From Prasinococcaceae sp. CCMP 1430 (taxonomy: Eukaryota; Plantae; Prasinodermophyta): DNA of 64,000 bases. Under the pieces are notes generated by a model. The model made no database searches and was not told the DNA's origin. It saw only the letters and a program-made list of their open reading frames with translations. A program made the translations under genes and the position numbers. Each line of letters starts with the position of its first letter. The stretch's first letter is position 1. The DNA is taken from positions 17,571 to 81,570 of the forward strand of contig RQSC01000125.1 of NCBI GenBank assembly GCA_013416795.1, in the 5' to 3' direction. Positions 52,961 through 63,367 of the stretch are shown here, piece by piece.

Positions 52961-55579
52961 GCGGCAGAAGCGGAGGCGCGCCAGCTGGAGCTCGCGCGCG
53001 CCGTCGGCGCCGCCGCCTCGCGCTACCGCGCGGACGCCGCGAGCATCGGGCCCGTCGCCGAGGACGCGTACGACGCGGTGCGCACGCGCTGGAAGGTGCT
53101 GTGCGCGCAATGGGAGTGCGTGCGCCTGCGCGCGGCCGTCGTCGACCGCGAGCAGCGCGCGATCCGCGAGGAGATGGCGCGCCGACGCGCGCAGCCACGC
53201 TCGGGCGGCGCATCGGCGCGCGCGCAGGAGGAGTGGCGAGCCTTCACCGAGCGCGCGCAGGCGGAGCTGGCCGACCTGAAGAACCGCCAGCAGGAGGCTG
53301 CGCAGCAGATCGGCCAGGCCGTGCGCTACTGGGAAAACCTTGCCATGCAGTACGCGCAGGCGTGGCAGCGCGCGCCGTCGCTGCCGTCCGACGGCGTGCA
53401 CCAGCAGCGCATCGCCCACTTCCACCGCGAGAAGGACGCGGTCAAGCTCGCGCACGCCGTCAGCGATGGCGAAGAGCCCAACGCGAGCCTGCGCATGCAC
53501 GTCGACGACATGTGCGCCGCGGGCCATCTCATTCGCGACCGCCTGCGTGAGTGGCTGCTCATGCACGCCGAGGAGGCGCAGGCGGCGCGCGAGGCGCGCG
53601 CCGCCAAGGCGCGTGCCGACGCTGCCGAGGCCGACGCCGCGATGGAGGCCATGGAGGCGGGGGGGGATGGCGATGCCGCGGACGCTGGCGTCGCGGCCGA
53701 CGCGTCGGCAAACGGGGAGGGCCCGGGGGGGGCGCATGAGCATCCGGAGGAGACGCACGCGGAGGAGGCCGCAGAGGCGCAGCGACAGACTGGGGAAGAG
53801 GACGACCGCCAGCGCCGGCGCCTGCTCGCTTCCGAGGAGCGGCGCGAGCGGCGAGTCGCCGCCGCAGCCGCAGTGATTCCCGAGCCACTGGCGAGCGAGC
53901 TGCGGGCGTCTGAGAGCTCGTGCGGCGAGGCGGCCGCTGCGCGAGCGGAAGCTGACGCCGAGCTGATCTCGCTGTGGCGTGAGGCGCTCGAGCCCGGCGC
54001 CGCGCGCGACTTGCAGGCGGCGCTGGTGGCCGCCGCGCAGTCAGCGCGCGGGGCCGCCGCGCTGCTCGACGAGGGAGCAGGGGGCGACGCGGGCGCGGGC
54101 CCACCCATGCCGTCGCTCGATGGCGGCTTGAGCGACCCCGCCTACGCGCTGACGTCTGACGCCACCCGGGCGGCGCGGCACGCGGCGGACTCGGTGGAGC
54201 GGCTGCACGCCGCACATGTGGGCATGCAGCGCCTGCTGGGCACGCTGGCGGTGTGTTCGCTGCGCGAGCCGCTGCGTTACTTCCGCGCAGCTGGTGCCGC
54301 CGCGGCCGCGGAGCGCCTACTCGAGGCAGAGCAGCGCGCCGCCGAGGAGCAGCAGCGCAAGCGCGAGCGCGAGCGCGAGCGCCAAGCAGAGCGTGTGCGG
54401 CGCGCCAACGAAGCGAGGCACAAGGTCAAGCTCGAGGCAGCGGCTGCTCAGAAGCAGGCCGAGGCCGAGGAGCGCGAGCGCACGCATGCGCGCGCCGTCG
54501 CTGCCGCCGGCCGTGGCACGGGCAGCGGTGCGGGCGGCTCGTCCACGAGCGCTGGCGGGAGAGTGGCCAATGGAAGTGCGATCGCGGACGCCAACGGCGA
54601 CGGCGCAGGCACGTCTGCGGGACACGACGGCGGCGCGTGGTCTGGCTCGGCGCGTGCTGCCTCAGGGGGCACGGACGCGGACGCGGATTCCTTCATGGCG
54701 CGGGAGCTGGAGGCGGCCAGGCGCCTCGAGGCCGTGCTCGCGTCGGGAGGAGAGGTCGACGCTGCTGCGCTTGAGAGCGCACTCGAAAGCGCTGCGGACG
54801 GCGGGGCCGGGTGGGAGGATGCCGGCACTAGCAAGCGCAGGGGCGGTGGTGGCGCTGGCAAGCACTCCCAGAGGCAGCGACCTTCGAGCGGAAAGGGAGG
54901 TCGCGCGCGCGACGCGCGCGCGCGCGACGCGCGCGGCGCGAACGGCGCGCGCGAGCGCGAGCGCACCAACGGCAGCAGCGGGCGCGCGAATGGGAGCAAG
55001 ACGGACGGCAAGGCCGCGCACAGGCACCATCAGCCACAGCCCGAGGCAACCAGCGCTACAGGTGCCGAATCACCGGTGGAATCTGCGTCGGTGCCGGCCG
55101 GGAAGCCGGCGACAGCCGCGGCTGCTCCTTCTGCGGCACCTTCGGCGCCGCCGCCGGTGTCGGACGTGCAGACGCCTCCGCCGGTCCAAGCAATTCAATT
55201 TGGCAGCATCAGCCTCGATATGATCTCCGGCACCGCAGATGGGCCTGCGGGCTCAGGTGTCGCCACAAGGGCACCTGCACCCGCCGCCCCTCTCCCGCCG
55301 GCGCCCGTGCCGACGCCGGCGGAAGAGCCTTCGGCGCCCGTGGCGGCGTGGTCAAAGCCCACACTCTCCAGGCAACTCGCAGCCATGGACGCGCGCGCCC
55401 ACCCTACGACTTTGGTGCCAAATCCTGCGGTCGCGACAGCTGCCACTGAGGCGGCGATGCCTGCTGGCAGCGCGGCCACGAGTGCGAACTCTACGCGAGG
55501 TCGAGGGAGCGGTGGCCGCGGCGGCGGTCGTGCGCGGGGCGCCGAGCGCGCGCGCCGCGGCAGCAGCGCGAGGCAGTGA
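52961..55579 (+). CDS. Large coiled-coil/low-complexity hypothetical protein; 5' end in the gap
   Basis: Continuous coding-like frame with heptad E/A/R/Q segments and a P/A/S-rich tail. No recognised domain. Confidence 0.6.
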   Translation, partial: AAEAEARQLELARAVGAAASRYRADAASIGPVAEDAYDAVRTRWKVLCAQWECVRLRAAVVDREQRAIREEMARRRAQPRSGGASARAQEEWRAFTERAQAELADLKNRQQEAAQQIGQAVRYWENLAMQYAQAWQRAPSLPSDGVHQQRIAHFHREKDAVKLAHAVSDGEEPNASLRMHVDDMCAAGHLIRDRLREWLLMHAEEAQAAREARAAKARADAAEADAAMEAMEAGGDGDAADAGVAADASANGEGPGGAHEHPEETHAEEAAEAQRQTGEEDDRQRRRLLASEERRERRVAAAAAVIPEPLASELRASESSCGEAAAARAEADAELISLWREALEPGAARDLQAALVAAAQSARGAAALLDEGAGGDAGAGPPMPSLDGGLSDPAYALTSDATRAARHAADSVERLHAAHVGMQRLLGTLAVCSLREPLRYFRAAGAAAAAERLLEAEQRAAEEQQRKRERERERQAERVRRANEARHKVKLEAAAAQKQAEAEERERTHARAVAAAGRGTGSGAGGSSTSAGGRVANGSAIADANGDGAGTSAGHDGGAWSGSARAASGGTDADADSFMARELEAARRLEAVLASGGEVDAAALESALESAADGGAGWEDAGTSKRRGGGGAGKHSQRQRPSSGKGGRARDARARDARGANGARERERTNGSSGRANGSKTDGKAAHRHHQPQPEATSATGAESPVESASVPAGKPATAAAAPSAAPSAPPPVSDVQTPPPVQAIQFGSISLDMISGTADGPAGSGVATRAPAPAAPLPPAPVPTPAEEPSAPVAAWSKPTLSRQLAAMDARAHPTTLVPNPAVATAATEAAMPAGSAATSANSTRGRGSGGRGGGRARGAERARRGSSARQ

Positions 55580-56053
55580 GACACTCGCCGTCGCCGAGCG
55601 TATGAATCAGCGGGCGACGTCGAAGAATAAGATTTATATTTATATTAAGGACCGGCCGCGCCTGTTGTGCAGGTCGGCGGAAGCGTGTCGCGCGCGCACA
55701 TTAGCGCCCGCGCCCCAAATGCGGCAGGTAGCTTCGACGCCGCGGCTGCGGCCGGTGCGGCTGCTGTGGATGCAGCCCCTGCTGCTCCTCGAGGCCAAAG
55801 CTATGCTGTCCGTGCACGCCGCCGTAGCTGCTTCGCATGTGACCACGTGCGTATTGCCGCTGTCGACCGTACGCGCCGTAGCTGTCTGCATGTGCGCGCG
55901 CGTTTGAAACGCCGAACGTCGGCGAGCTCTGCGCGCGGTGTGCGCGCCGCGCGAAGTGCGGATGCTGCGGTGGCGGCGCGTACGCTGCCGGCGCGTATCG
56001 TGGCGCTTGGGTGTTTAGCTGCGTCGAGAGAGACCATCGGTGTCAGAAGCGGA

Positions 56054-56830
56054 TCATGCGCATGCTCGCGTTTGCTGGCGCGCGCTCGCATTCTCACTCA
56101 CCGGCGACTGCGCTCTCCTGCCAAAACGCCTTGCCTCCCACGCATGAGGTGGCGGAAACCGCGGATGCGGCGCCAACTGCGAACGTGGATGCGTGGGGTT
56201 GTCCACACGCGTCCGGCCATCGGTGGCACCGAGCGCCACGCGGCCGCTGGACCCGGCTGGTTGCGCGTGTTGGAAGCGGCGACTGTAGTCGCGGTCACTG
56301 TAGCCGACGTTGCGCGGCTGGGGCTGCCAATGGGGCTGATGATGCAGCTGTTGCTTGAGCTGCTGCTGCGGGAGATGATGCCGGTACTTCTGCTGGTACT
56401 GATCCTGGTGCTGCCGTAGCTGCTGCCCGTAGTTCTGCTGGTACCGCAGCTGGTGTTTGTGGTGCTCGAGCTGATGGCTATGCGCAGCCATCGTCGCGTT
56501 CCGTGGCGGTTCTGGTGGCACATACGCGTCCATGGCTCCCTTGGGCGGGCTTCGCAGCTCTTCCGCCTGCCGCTTTGGAACCCCCCCGGGTGCGCCCACG
56601 CCGTACCGCCCGCCACTCTCATAGTGCAGGAAACCAGCTCGCGCGTGCGCGCTACGACCGCCGTACACGCCGTCCTGAGGCGCATGGGCGCTCTGCGCGT
56701 GCGAGTGGGCCTGCTTCAAGTGTCGCAGTTGTGCGTGCGTGCCTTTCGAAGCTGGCGGAGCGACCGTACCACTGACGCGCTCCGGGGCGAGCGCGTCGCC
56801 TTGCACGCGGCCATCCAATTGCGCTCGCTC
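56054..56830 (-). CDS. Gln/His-rich low-complexity ORF, probably the native C-terminal tail of ATAT1
   Basis: It is on the same strand as ATAT1, immediately downstream of the bacterial-type insert, and has no promoter-like region of its own. Confidence 0.45.
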   Translation of the reverse strand, partial: ERAQLDGRVQGDALAPERVSGTVAPPASKGTHAQLRHLKQAHSHAQSAHAPQDGVYGGRSAHARAGFLHYESGGRYGVGAPGGVPKRQAEELRSPPKGAMDAYVPPEPPRNATMAAHSHQLEHHKHQLRYQQNYGQQLRQHQDQYQQKYRHHLPQQQLKQQLHHQPHWQPQPRNVGYSDRDYSRRFQHAQPAGSSGRVALGATDGRTRVDNPTHPRSQLAPHPRFPPPHAWEARRFGRRAQSPVSENASARQQTRACA

Positions 56831-56849
56831 ACGCGTGCGCGGGCGCGCG

Positions 56850-57203
56850 GTGGCGTCGGCGCGGGCGCGCGCAGTGGCGGCACCCGCCCCTTCACCTTGG
56901 GCGCGCCCGGTATCGGCAGCGGTGCCGGCGTTGTCGGCTTATCGAGAGCCTCGACCGACTTGACCGGACGTGCCGCAAGCGGGGTGACGCTGGCGATCAC
57001 CCGTTTCCACAGCGCCGCTTCCTCGGGCGCGAGGCGCCTCACCGCTGGCGGATCGGCGTCGGCGCCCCGGCGATCGGCGCACCGCCCAGGCGGCTGAGCG
57101 TGCCCAGCGGCAGCAGCAGCCAGGCCGTGCCGCGCGAGTTCATGCCGCCCGCGATCGCGCGCGCATCATCGCCCGCGCCCCAGAAGGTATCGACGCGGTT
57201 GGG
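56850..57203 (-). other. Alphaproteobacterial-type DNA fragment: 3' end of mltA and 5' end of an Smr-domain gene
   Basis: PNRVDTFWGAGDDARAIAGGMNSRGTAWLLLP matches the MltA 3D-domain C-terminus. Its TGA (57039-57041) overlaps a GTG start (57040-57042) for RRLAPEEAALWKRVIASVTPL...KVKGRVPP, the typical alphaproteobacterial Smr N-terminus. Confidence 0.8.
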
Positions 57204-57863
57204 ACGGCCCGAGCGAGGGCGCAGGCGGCGCGGCGGCGGCGTCCGCGGCGGCGAGGGCGCCACCTCGGCGGGCCTGCGTGGGCTCTCCTGCGCGTCCCTG
57301 TCAAAGTACTTGTTGAACACGACGAAGTTGTTGACCTGCGGCACGTACTTGCGCAGCCCGAAGTGCTTGGCGAGGAAGGCGATGAACTTTGGCGAGGGAC
57401 GGTCGTACCCGAGCGTGTGCGGCCGCTCGCTCGGGTGGTCCGCGAGGCCGTGGTCGTACAGCATGCGCCCAATGCCGCCCCTCTGCACGCTGGGGTGCAC
57501 GAAGAAGTCGAGCACGCACACGGGCTCGATCTCATGCATGGCACCCGTGTCGCCATAGATGAAGAGTCGTTTGCGGCCGAACTTAATGAGGCCCAGCACG
57601 TGCGTCCACGCGCCCTGCTCGCCATCGTGGACCACCCTCGCCGCTAGGTACAGCCGCTGGTCGGGCCTCGCCGCCAACTTGTGAGGGTCGGTGATAGGAC
57701 CTTGCAGCCCCTGCGCGCGCGCGCTGCCGCGACCCATCGCGGCGATCACCTGCGCCAGGCGCTGGCGGTCGTGGACATCCAGCCTGCGCATGTCGGCGGC
57801 CGTCCAGCGCGAGACGAGCGCATCGCCGCTGCCCAGGCCGTCCACGACGAAGGGGAACTCCAT
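57204..57863 (-). CDS. ATAT1: Alpha-tubulin N-acetyltransferase (MEC-17 family), catalytic domain
   Basis: Motifs: MEFPF, MGRGSARAQGL, GLIKFGRKRLF, CVLDFFVHPSVQRGGIG, YDRPSPKFIAFLAKHFGL and PQVNNFVVF. Confidence 0.95.
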
Positions 57864-57921
57864 CGCGGGCGCCGCGCGGCCCCTCCCGGGGGCCGCGGCC
57901 AGCCGCCGCGGCGCAGCCGCN

Positions 57922-58116
57922 GGCACCGAGGGCCAGTACTTCCGCGAGGGACCGCAGGGCTACCACTGGATGTGGGACAGCCGCTGCTTCAACTACGGCT
58001 CGTGGGAGGTCATGCGCTTCCTGCTCTCGAACGTGCGCTGGTGGGTGGAGGAGTACAAGTTCGACGGCTTCCGCTTCGACGGCGTGACCTCGATGATGTA
58101 CGACCACCACGGCCTG
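57922..58116 (+). other. Isolated internal fragment of a second, SBEII-type branching enzyme
   Basis: [60 protein letters not shown]. It begins right after the n at 57921 and differs from the SBE at 4.3-6.6 kb. Confidence 0.85.
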
Positions 58117-58175
58117 CGCGCGCGGGGAGGCGGTGCGGCGGAAGGGGGCGGGGGCGCTCCGCCGCCGCGGCAGCG

Positions 58176-59527
58176 ATGGCGTTGGCGCCGGCGATCGCGC
58201 TGGCGCCGCCGGGAGAGGTGCTGGCCGCAGCAGCGGTGCTCGTGATTGCGCTCGTCGGGTGTTCGGCGTGCTATGCCGTGCGCTGGTTCGTCGTGCAGCA
58301 GGTGCGTGGCAGCCTTGCGCTGGCGCTCGATGAAGCGCGCTCGTCGGCAGTGGCGCGTTCGTGGCACTTACGGGAGCCGGCCGCGCCCGCCCGCGCCTCC
58401 GCCGCGCGCGCCCGAAGGCCGACCTCGCACGCCTCGTTGAGCCGCTCTTCATGGAGACGCGCGGCGACGAGGATAACGGAGATGACAACATCGCCAACGA
58501 CGCGGCAGGCGCGGGCGCCACCGCTTCGCCGCCCTACCTGTCGCTGGTCGTCCCGGCGTACAACGAGGCCGACCGTCTGCCGACGATGCTCGACGAGGCG
58601 CTGGGATACCTGGAGGCCCGCGCGGGGCGGCAAGCGCGCGGGGCGGGCGCAGATGGCGCGTGTGCTGAGGGCATGCCGCAAGGGGGCGATTTCACGTACG
58701 AGGTCGTCGTCGTTGACGACGGCTCGCGCGACGCCACCGCCGCGGTGGTTGAGGAGTACGCCGCGCGCCGAGGGCTCGGCGGCGCGCTGCGCTGCCTGAG
58801 GCTCGCACGCAACGGCGGCAAGGGGTGCGCGGTGCGTCGGGGCATGCTCGCCGCGGCGGGTGCGCTGGTGCTCATGGTGGACGCGGATGGCGCCACGGCG
58901 ATCGCTGACGTCGCTCGGCTGGAGGCGGAGCTGTACGAAGGGCTGCGGGCTTCATCTGCCGGCGGTGGCAGGGCGCGCGTGCGCCCTCGCGAGATCGGCG
59001 AACGCTTCGGGATCGCCGTGGGCTCGCGCGCACACCTGCAGAGCAAGGCGATGGTCGAGCGCTCCGTCCACCGCAACTTGCTCATGCAGGCCTTCCACGC
59101 GCTGGTGGAGATTTGCTCGCGCACCACGGTGAAGGACACGCAGTGTGGGTTCAAGGTGGGCGGACGCGCGAGCGCGCGAGCGCGCGTGCCCCTGCTTGCG
59201 CGCGTGCTGGCGTGTGGCCTTCCGGCCAACCTGACAAACTGACGCCTTCGCCGCGCGTGCTCTGCGCAGCTCTTCACGCGGCGCGCGGCGCAGGCACTGG
59301 CCGCCAATCAGCGCCTCACGCGGTGGGGGTTCGACGTCGAAGTGCTCTACGTTGCGGCCAAGCTCCGCGCGACGATCGTGGAGACACCCGTGCGCTGGGT
59401 GGAGATGCCCGGCTCGAAGCTCAACGTCATGGGCATGTTCAACACGGGACTCGAGGTGCTGTCCATCCCCGTCGGATACGGCAGCGGGGTGTGGCAGATA
59501 CGCGTGCCGCCTGCCACCATGCGGTAG
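58176..59527 (+). CDS. ALG5: Dolichyl-phosphate beta-glucosyltransferase (GT2), three exons
   Basis: N-terminal transmembrane helix. Motifs: [60 protein letters not shown]|[13 protein letters not shown] and WVEMPGSKL. Confidence 0.95.
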
Positions 59528-59582
59528 CGATCGCATGTGGGCGCACGCGACTGGGCGCGTAAACCTTCGAGCGCTTCGTACA

Positions 59583-60340
59583 TTAAATTTCGCCGCGTGC
59601 GCGCATGCCCTCGGCAGCCTCCTCCACAGCATCGCGCACGCGTGCGTCGGCGGCCTCAACCGCGGCCTCCGCCGCGGCCTCTTCGCGCTCGTGTTCGGCT
59701 GCCGCCTCGGCGACGACGCCCTGCAGGGGAAGGCGACGCGGCGCAGGGAGCGTCAAAACACAAGCGCGCAGTTTCAGGTCCCGCGCCCGAAGAACAACAC
59801 AGCAGACCACATGCGTGCCGCGCGCGCGCGCGCGCGCGCGCGCGCCGCGCACCTGCAGCACCTCTTCGGCGAGCCTGCGGGTGTGGCACTGCTCGCAGTG
59901 GCAGTACTTGTACCAGCTCGCGTTGAGGCCTTCGACGAAGGCCTCCTGCACCGCCTGCCGCACGGCGGCGCCACGCTGCTTCAACGCTGCGCACGAGCCG
60001 ACCGGGAGCGCGGCCAGCGGCGAGACGCCGAGCAGGCGGCGAAAGAGACCAGCGTGTCGGCACGCCCGTCAGTCATTGCGCGCTGTGTGCGCCCGGCTAC
60101 GCGCGGCCGCGAGCGCATGCAGGCGGGCACGGGCGCGCGGTCACACAGCTCCCGGGCAAAGCGCACGGCGCGCAGCGGCGCGCAGCGGCGCGCAGCGGCA
60201 CTCGCGCTGTGCGCACCGTCAAGAATGAGACCACGCAGGTTGACGTCGCCCCACACCGCCTCGACCGCTCGCGACGGCGAGCCCCCGCAGCCGGCGCTTG
60301 CGCCGGCCTGCGCGCCGCTCGCGAGCGCGCAAGCGGTCAT
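59583..60340 (-). CDS. Hypothetical protein, multi-exon, with a CHCxxCH motif
   Basis: Exons VWGDVNLRGLILD, ...SWYKYCHCEQCHTRRLAEEVLQ and an acidic helical tail. Confidence 0.45.
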
Positions 60341-60399
60341 GGCGCGTGCCCCTTGGAAGGCCGCGGGTACCCCTTCGCGGGTCCGCACCGCCTGCGCGC

Positions 60400-61213
60400 G
60401 CAGCGGCCGCAGACGCGCCTCGCATCGCGGCGAGAATCACACTGGCGCGCCGAGGTGCACCAGGATCCCGTGAGGCCTGATGAGGAGTCGCTGTCGTACA
60501 TGGACGATCGCGAGCGCTTCACGCGGGACATGGCCAAGGTCGAGCACGCCGAGAACATCGGCCGCATGCTCGACAGACAGATCAAGTACGCGCGCAAGCG
60601 TCAAGACACTTACAACAGAGAGCAGGCACGCTATCAAGCGCGGCAGGTGAGGAGGATGCGGGGTGCGAACGCGTGCGATTTCGTCCGCGGCCTTGAGGTC
60701 GATGCGCGGGCTCTCCCACTCCGTGCTCGCGCGCGCCGCACGCACTCGGCGGCTCGCCCACGGGTCGTCCGCGGCATCGCTGCGGCTGCTCGGTGTGCGC
60801 GCACGCACGTGTGTGTGCGCGCGCCTTTTACGGCGATTACGAAAGTGGCAGCCTGTCAGAGGGAGCAGCGGTACTGACTCGAGCGCGCGCCCGCCGTGCA
60901 CGCGCTCGCGCCGCAGGACGAGGCCAGACGGGACGCTGATGCTGCGAGAAGGCTGCAGGAGCGCAACGTCGCCAGAAACAACACGTCGAGCGTGGACTAC
61001 AACCCCATCACACTACGCTACAACGACACCACCGAGGGCGCGGAGCTCAAGTTCCAGGATGACTGCGTGCGCTACCGCGGCGCCATGCGCGCCCGCAACC
61101 TGTACGAGAAGAAGAGCTGCCAGGCGTTCAACATCATAACCGGCGAGGACAGCAACGCGGACAGCATCGTGCCCGTGCCAGAAAGGCCGCAGAGGCGACA
61201 TCCATCGTCGTAA
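60400..61213 (+). CDS. Hypothetical protein resembling cilia-associated NPIT/NIITG-motif proteins; two exons, start uncertain
   Basis: YNPITLRYNDTTEGAELKFQDDCVRYRGAMRARNL...FNIITGE. The resemblance to flagellate hypothetical proteins is from memory. Confidence 0.55.
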
Positions 61214-61627
61214 GAAACACACGACCTGGACGAGAACGTGCTCGCTCGGCGCGCGGGGCCGCGCGCGCGGCCAGCCTGCGCGCACCCCCTCCAACGCGCT
61301 CCCCAGCATGCGTGAGCGCTCTTGCGGCGAAAATGTTCGGAAACGGATTTTGCCCGAGCTCGCGCGGCGGTCGCTCGCTCGCGCCGCCGCGTCCACTACT
61401 CCTCCTCGTCCCCTAGGGCGGCCTTGGCAGCTTCGACGGCCTCCTTTGCGGCGGCGAGCTCCTCGCTCTCAGCATCGACGTCGCCTTCGTGCTCGGCCTG
61501 CGGGTCGCCGATCGCCAGGCGAGCGACGAGGCGCCGCGGGCGAGCGCGCACGAGAGCGGGGGCGCGCGCGCGCGCGTCGAGTCAGCCGTCGTGCGAACGC
61601 AGCGCGCGGCGGCGCCGCCGGCGCGCN

Positions 61628-62890
61628 CCCTTCCTTGCGCCAGGCTCGCCGGGCGTCGTCATCGGTCCCTGCTGTCGGAGGAGGAGCGCAAGGCCAGGAG
61701 GAGGCAGCGGAGGTTGCGCGGTTGGGGGGGGCATTTGTGGTACCGGAGAAACGTGCGGGTGCGCGCTGCCCTGTGGCCGCTGTGGCGGTGGAGGCGTTGC
61801 CGGCGCCGTGGACATTGCAATTGTCAAGCCCCTCGGAGCTGCCTCTCCCCGTGTGCTCTGCGCGGGCGCGGTTTTAGCCTGTCCATCGAGGCCCACTCCC
61901 TTCACCGCGGGATGTGATGGCGGCCCCTGCTGCGCGCCGCTGCTGTCGCGAGAAGGTGGCAGCGACGGAGTCGATAGAGACAGCGAAGACATCTGTGCAT
62001 CCATGCTCGGAACACTCGCCGACATGGCTGACGTGACAGTGCCCATCGGGGACTGCGTGGGGGAGCCTGGCACCGACGCAGAAGAGCGTGAGCGCTGTGC
62101 GTCGGTGGGGCCGTGCGTCCTGGACGCCAGTGCTTGCACAGAGCCCACGTCCGCTACCGGTGTTGGCTGTGCCTTTTGCGCTGCTGCTTGAGCGTCCGTT
62201 GCGGGCCCATCGGTAGACTGCGACACCGTAGATCTAGACATCGGATCGGTGCTGCCGGCTGCTTGATGGGTAGTCACAGCTTTTGCCGTCGTCGGGGAGG
62301 TGGGCTGCGCTGTGTGTTTCGTGGCGCTGTCTGCCGTACCAGCCTCCCCCGTATCCGCCTTCTCCTCTTCTTTCCCATCTCTGGCCTTCTCCCTCTCTCT
62401 CTCCGCCTTCTCCCTTTCCTTCTTTTCCACTTTCTCAGCCCTTTTGGCCTCGAGCTTGGCCTTCTTCTTCTCGGCCCGAAGCTCGGCCTTCGTCTTTGTC
62501 GCGGGCGCAGAGCTACTTTCAGCCGCATCAAGATGCGTCTCTGAGGAATCTTCCTTGTCCTCGGTGGCCTGGCCGTGGTGCATGATCGCAGCTGCGACCG
62601 TAGGTGTGAGGGCAGCCGCAGCTGCGGTGGCGGCGTGCTGATCCAAGCCTATGTCGTCGTACATGTAAAAATCTGACAAGAAAGCAGTGTCCTCGTCATC
62701 GCACGTGTCGAGATACATGTCAAGCTGCTCGACGAGCTCGGGAACCACACCGGGTTCTATCGAACGATTATCGATGAGGCGATTGCAGAGCTCGATCTTG
62801 GCGATGTGCTCCTCGTGGCTGCAGACGCGCTCCTTGTCCGCCTCCGAGAGCGCCGCATAGCCCGCCCCGTGTCCGACGTGCGCCATGAGC
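61628..62890 (-). CDS. NOT3-like (CCR4-NOT) fragment: end of the N-terminal domain plus a low-complexity linker; cut at the n at 61627
   Basis: HEEHIAKIELCNRLIDN...LDMYLD...FYMYDDIGLD resembles the NOT3 consensus H..HI.KLELILRLLDN...LDDYVE. Confidence 0.6.
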
Positions 62891-63317
62891 TCCGTGCGCG
62901 CGCGCGCGCGCGCGCGCGAAAAAGAAGCGCGCGCGCCGCCGCCACGCGCTGCCGTTGAGGCGCGCGCGCACCCTCAACCACACAGGCACACACACCGGTC
63001 CACCCGAGTGGTGAGGGCGCTGCAGCCGCCACGAGGGTGGTACGCCGGCAGCTGAGGGCCCGGGGCGCGGCGCGCGTGCCGAGTGGCGCGCGCGCTCTCT
63101 CCAGCGCGCCATCATGGCTCGCGCGGCGACGCGCGGCTGTCTCCGTGTGGGCAGCTGCGACGGGATGGGATGGAGAGGCAGTGTGCTGCCACAGCGCGGC
63201 CTGTGGGCGCGGCCGCGCGAAGGCGTCCCGGGCGAGGCTGGGGGTAGGAGGATGTCGGACGGGGCTTGGCGATGGTGGACAACGTCGATGCGTGGCTGCT
63301 CTGGCCGCGGGGCGGGG

Positions 63318-63320
63318 GAT

Positions 63321-63363
<43 letters not shown>
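63318..63363. repeat. Poly(G) run of about 40 nt
   Basis: Direct reading of the sequence. Confidence 0.85.

Positions 63364-63367
<4 letters not shown>

Noticed and set aside
1-58116. Starch-metabolism gene cluster (esterase-CBM, SBE, SBEII fragment)
   Set aside because: The SBEII piece is 51 kb away and next to an n join, and an n at 2974 separates the esterase from SBE. Clustering is not supported.
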